Source of the DNA: an uncultured Treponema sp.
Lineage (GTDB): Bacteria; Spirochaetota; Spirochaetia; Treponematales; Treponemataceae
Assembly: GCA_964463615.1 (NCBI GenBank)
Contig: CAYXDA010000001.1
Coordinates: forward strand, 1 to 38,221
Length of the DNA: 38,221 bases
Reading direction: 5' to 3'
Shown: piece by piece, positions 35,526 to 38,221 of the stretch
How positions within the stretch are numbered: the stretch's first letter is position 1
How the letters are laid out: each line of letters begins with the position of its first letter
The notes under the pieces: generated by a model
Told to the model about the DNA's origin: nothing
Database searches by the model: none
The model's input: only the letters and a program-made list of their open reading frames with translations
Made by a program: the position numbers and the translations under genes

Positions 35526-36721
35526 TTCCTGTTTATTTTTCAAAGCCGGCAGTTTTTTGTGCAGCAGGTAACGGAATTACTGAACTTTGGGAAAATGTTA
35601 CTTGTGGTAATCAAAACGGAATAAGACGTGTAAAAGCGTTGAATGGCAAAGAATTTTTTGCAGCGCGGATACAAGATGATTTGTTAAAAGAAACGAGTGC
35701 TCGCTACAAAATGCGGATTATGCAAATTGAAGAACAGACGCTTTTGCAACTTGAAAAGGAAATTTTTGCGGCAAAAAATAAATATGGCGAAAAAAAAGTG
35801 GCGGTTTGCGTTGGTTCTTGCGATAACGGAACGGAATTTTCCATTGCGGGGCATCGCAAATATTTTGAAAATGGAGAATTTGATAAAAATTATTCGCTGG
35901 AAATTCAGTCGGCAGATTACGTTGCAACTTTTATTAGCGAAAAATACGGACTGAAAGGTCCTGCGCTTGCTTTTGAAACTGCATGTTCTTCTAGTGCCGG
36001 TGCAATAATAAAAGCGGCGGAACTTATTCGCGCAGGAATTGCGGATGCGGTTGTTGCCGGTGGAATTGATATTGCCAGCGATACAGTTTTGATGGGATTT
36101 GATTCTTTGGAAGCGGTTGATTCCGGAATAACGAATCCGTATAGTAAAAACCGACACGGAATTACACTTGGAGAAGCGGGTGCTTTTTTTGTTCTTACAA
36201 AAGATTTGCCGGAAGAAGCACCAGCCGTTCAGCTTTTGGGTTATGGCGAAAGTTCGGATGCGTATCATATGACAAGTCCGGATCCTTCTGGCGACGGAGC
36301 AAGGCGCGCAATGGAAAGTGCGTTAAAATCTGCTGGAATAGAACCAAAAGATGTTGATTACTTAAATTTGCACGGAACAGGAACAAAGTATAATGACAGC
36401 ATGGAGGCAAAAGCGGTTGATTCTGTTTTTGGTTCTTATAAGGTGGCTGCAAGTACTACAAAACCGGTTACCGGGCATACGTTGGGCGCGGCTGGAGCGT
36501 TGGAAGCGGCTATATGCTATGCTGCCATTGTGAATAGCAATTCTGATTCAGCAGTGATTCCAGTTCAGGTTTGGGATAAAGAGCAGGATTCTGAAATGCC
36601 GGAGCTGAATATTATTGATAAAACAAATAATAAAATTAATAGAAGAGTAAAAATTTGCTTGAGCAATTCTTTTGCATTTGGTGGAGCAAATTCAAGTCTT
36701 GTTATTGGAATAGGGGAATAA
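35522..36721 (+). CDS. apeO: Beta-ketoacyl-ACP synthase (ApeO-like)
   Basis: TACSSS, GITLGEAGA, LHGTGTKYND, TKPVTGHTLGAAG and SNSFAFGG. The Cys-His-His triad is intact. Confidence 0.92.
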   Translation: MIPVYFSKPAVFCAAGNGITELWENVTCGNQNGIRRVKALNGKEFFAARIQDDLLKETSARYKMRIMQIEEQTLLQLEKEIFAAKNKYGEKKVAVCVGSCDNGTEFSIAGHRKYFENGEFDKNYSLEIQSADYVATFISEKYGLKGPALAFETACSSSAGAIIKAAELIRAGIADAVVAGGIDIASDTVLMGFDSLEAVDSGITNPYSKNRHGITLGEAGAFFVLTKDLPEEAPAVQLLGYGESSDAYHMTSPDPSGDGARRAMESALKSAGIEPKDVDYLNLHGTGTKYNDSMEAKAVDSVFGSYKVAASTTKPVTGHTLGAAGALEAAICYAAIVNSNSDSAVIPVQVWDKEQDSEMPELNIIDKTNNKINRRVKICLSNSFAFGGANSSLVIGIGE

Positions 36722-36726
36722 AGTAA

Positions 36727-37230
36727 ATGGCAAATGTAGAACCAAAAAATGTTGCACAGCGGATAGAACATGATGAATTGATAAATTATCTTCCGCACAA
36801 AGGAAAAATGTTTTTGCTTAGTCGCGTTACTCAGCATGATGTGGAAAAACATACAATTACCAGCGAATATGACATTACAAAAAATTGTATTTTTTACGAA
36901 GAAGAGTTTGGCGGAGTTCCTACTTGGGCTGGATTTGAACTTATGGCGCAAGGAATTTCTGCTTTAACAGGAATTACAAATAAAATAAAAGGAAGAACTC
37001 CTCTTCCCGGAATGATTTTAAGTGTTGTGGATTTTAAGGCTTCTGTAGGTTTTCTAAAGGATGGTACAACTTGCCAAATGAAAATTGCAGAAGACTTTAG
37101 AGATGAGGAAACGCATACTTACCGTTATTTGTGTTCTTTGTTTGCAAATGTTGGTGATTCAGAACCTGCGGCGACTGCAAAAATAACTGTAATGGAAACA
37201 GAAGATATGGCTGGAATGTTTGCGAAATAA
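36727..37230 (+). CDS. apeP: Hotdog-fold dehydratase partner (ApeP-like)
   Basis: YLPHKGKMFLLSRV, VPTWAGFELMAQ and GMILSV. Confidence 0.83.
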   Translation: MANVEPKNVAQRIEHDELINYLPHKGKMFLLSRVTQHDVEKHTITSEYDITKNCIFYEEEFGGVPTWAGFELMAQGISALTGITNKIKGRTPLPGMILSVVDFKASVGFLKDGTTCQMKIAEDFRDEETHTYRYLCSLFANVGDSEPAATAKITVMETEDMAGMFAK

Positions 37231-37274
37231 TACAAAACTTAGGTTTTGAAAATAAATAGACTAAGAGAGGAAAT

Positions 37275-38036
37275 ATGAACGAAAATAAGAAAGTTTTAGT
37301 AACTGGTGCTTCCGGCGGAATTGGAAGAGCGTGCGCAGTGGAAGCGGCAAAAGCCGGATATTATGTTATTTGTCATTACAATGGAAGTCAAAGCAAAGCA
37401 GAAGAAACTTTGGCAGAAATTAAAGCTGTCGGCGGCAATGGTGAATTGATTCAGTTTAATGTTTCTGACAGAGAAGATTGCAAGAATAAACTTGACGCGC
37501 TTGTTGCAAAACTTGCAGAAAATGGTGAAATTCTTTGGGGAGTTATTAATAACGCCGGAATTACCCGCGATAATACTTTTGTTGGTTTGGAAGACAGCGA
37601 TTGGGATAAAGTAATTCATACAAATCTTGATAGCTTTTACAATGTCCTTAAACCGCTTGTAATGACTATGGCAAGCCGTAAAAATAAACGTGGCGGACGT
37701 ATTATTACAATGGCTTCTGTAAGTGGAATTATTGGAAACCGCGGACAGACAAATTATTCTGCTTCTAAGGCAGGAATTATTGGCGCAACAAAAGCTTTGG
37801 CCGTTGAACTTGCCGGAAGAAACGTTACTTGTAATGTAATTGCTCCTGGCGCAATTGAAACAGAAATGACAGCAAACATTATTCCTGAGGCAAAAGAAAT
37901 TATGCTTAGCACAATTCCTATGAAGCGTATGGGAAGACCGGAAGAAATTGCGGCTGCGGCAGTTTTCTTGCTTAGCGAAAATGCTTCTTACATTACAAGA
38001 CAGGTTATAACTGTTGACGGCGGAATGGTAGGATAA
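37275..38036 (+). CDS. fabG: 3-oxoacyl-ACP reductase (ApeQ/FabG-like)
   Basis: TGASGGIG, NNAGITRD, GNRGQTNYSASK and PMKRMG.PEE. Confidence 0.93.
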   Translation: MNENKKVLVTGASGGIGRACAVEAAKAGYYVICHYNGSQSKAEETLAEIKAVGGNGELIQFNVSDREDCKNKLDALVAKLAENGEILWGVINNAGITRDNTFVGLEDSDWDKVIHTNLDSFYNVLKPLVMTMASRKNKRGGRIITMASVSGIIGNRGQTNYSASKAGIIGATKALAVELAGRNVTCNVIAPGAIETEMTANIIPEAKEIMLSTIPMKRMGRPEEIAAAAVFLLSENASYITRQVITVDGGMVG

Positions 38037-38038
38037 AA

Positions 38039-38127
38039 AGGGTTTTAGGGGAAAACGTAAGTTTGCCCCTAGGCGAAGGGGTAGGCTGCAACGAAGTGCA
38101 GCCGAGGGGAAGTCTTTCCCCCTCCTT
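38039..38127. repeat. REP-like modular palindromic element, copy D
   Basis: Stems TAGGGG..CCCCTA, GGCTGCA/TGCAGCC and GGGGAA..TTCCCC. Its end is a near reverse complement of the start of copy A. Confidence 0.78.
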
Positions 38128-38147
38128 AAATAAAAAAATATATTTAT

Positions 38148-38173
38148 AGATTCCGAAATAAATTCGGAATGAC
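38148..38173 (-). repeat. Short palindromic REP-like unit GTCATTCCGAATTTATTTCGGAATCT
   Basis: ATTCCGAA/TTCGGAAT stem, 5-nt loop, GTC foot on the minus strand. Confidence 0.5.
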
Positions 38174-38193
38174 TCCAACAAAAAGGAAAGTAT

Positions 38194-38221
38194 ATGGAAT
38201 TTACAAAACCAAACGGAAAGC
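38194..38221 (+). CDS. Start of next gene (MEFTKPNGK...), by synteny probably the second ketosynthase ApeR
   Basis: SD AAGGA then ATG 38194, open to the window end. Identity inferred from gene order only. Confidence 0.45.

Overview
AT-rich bacterial chromosomal window, most likely from a gut Treponema (inferred from protein character, not from a search). The left part (1-23.5 kb) holds housekeeping and signalling genes: a truncated outer-membrane-like protein, M18 aminopeptidase, HAD hydrolase, FAD oxidoreductase, TrmH, a Cys-less Rrf2/CymR-like regulator, DUF763 coupled to an HD-GYP-GNAT fusion, putP, a GNAT, DUF711, TetR, a large TPR-GGDEF cyclase, an acyl-CoA ligase and ppdK. The right part (23.6 kb to the window end) is an aryl polyene-type type II PKS/FAS cluster in apeB-apeQ order. 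Its variants are an ApeG-ApeH fusion, a split ApeJ, a 50-bp duplication forming a translationally coupled 34-aa mini-ORF, and an apeN lipoprotein gene with an in-frame TAA whose start codon sits in a perfect 16-bp hairpin. A modular GC-rich palindromic REP-like repeat family occurs in four intergenic regions, and several genes look leaderless. I saw no tRNA, rRNA, CRISPR array or transposase.
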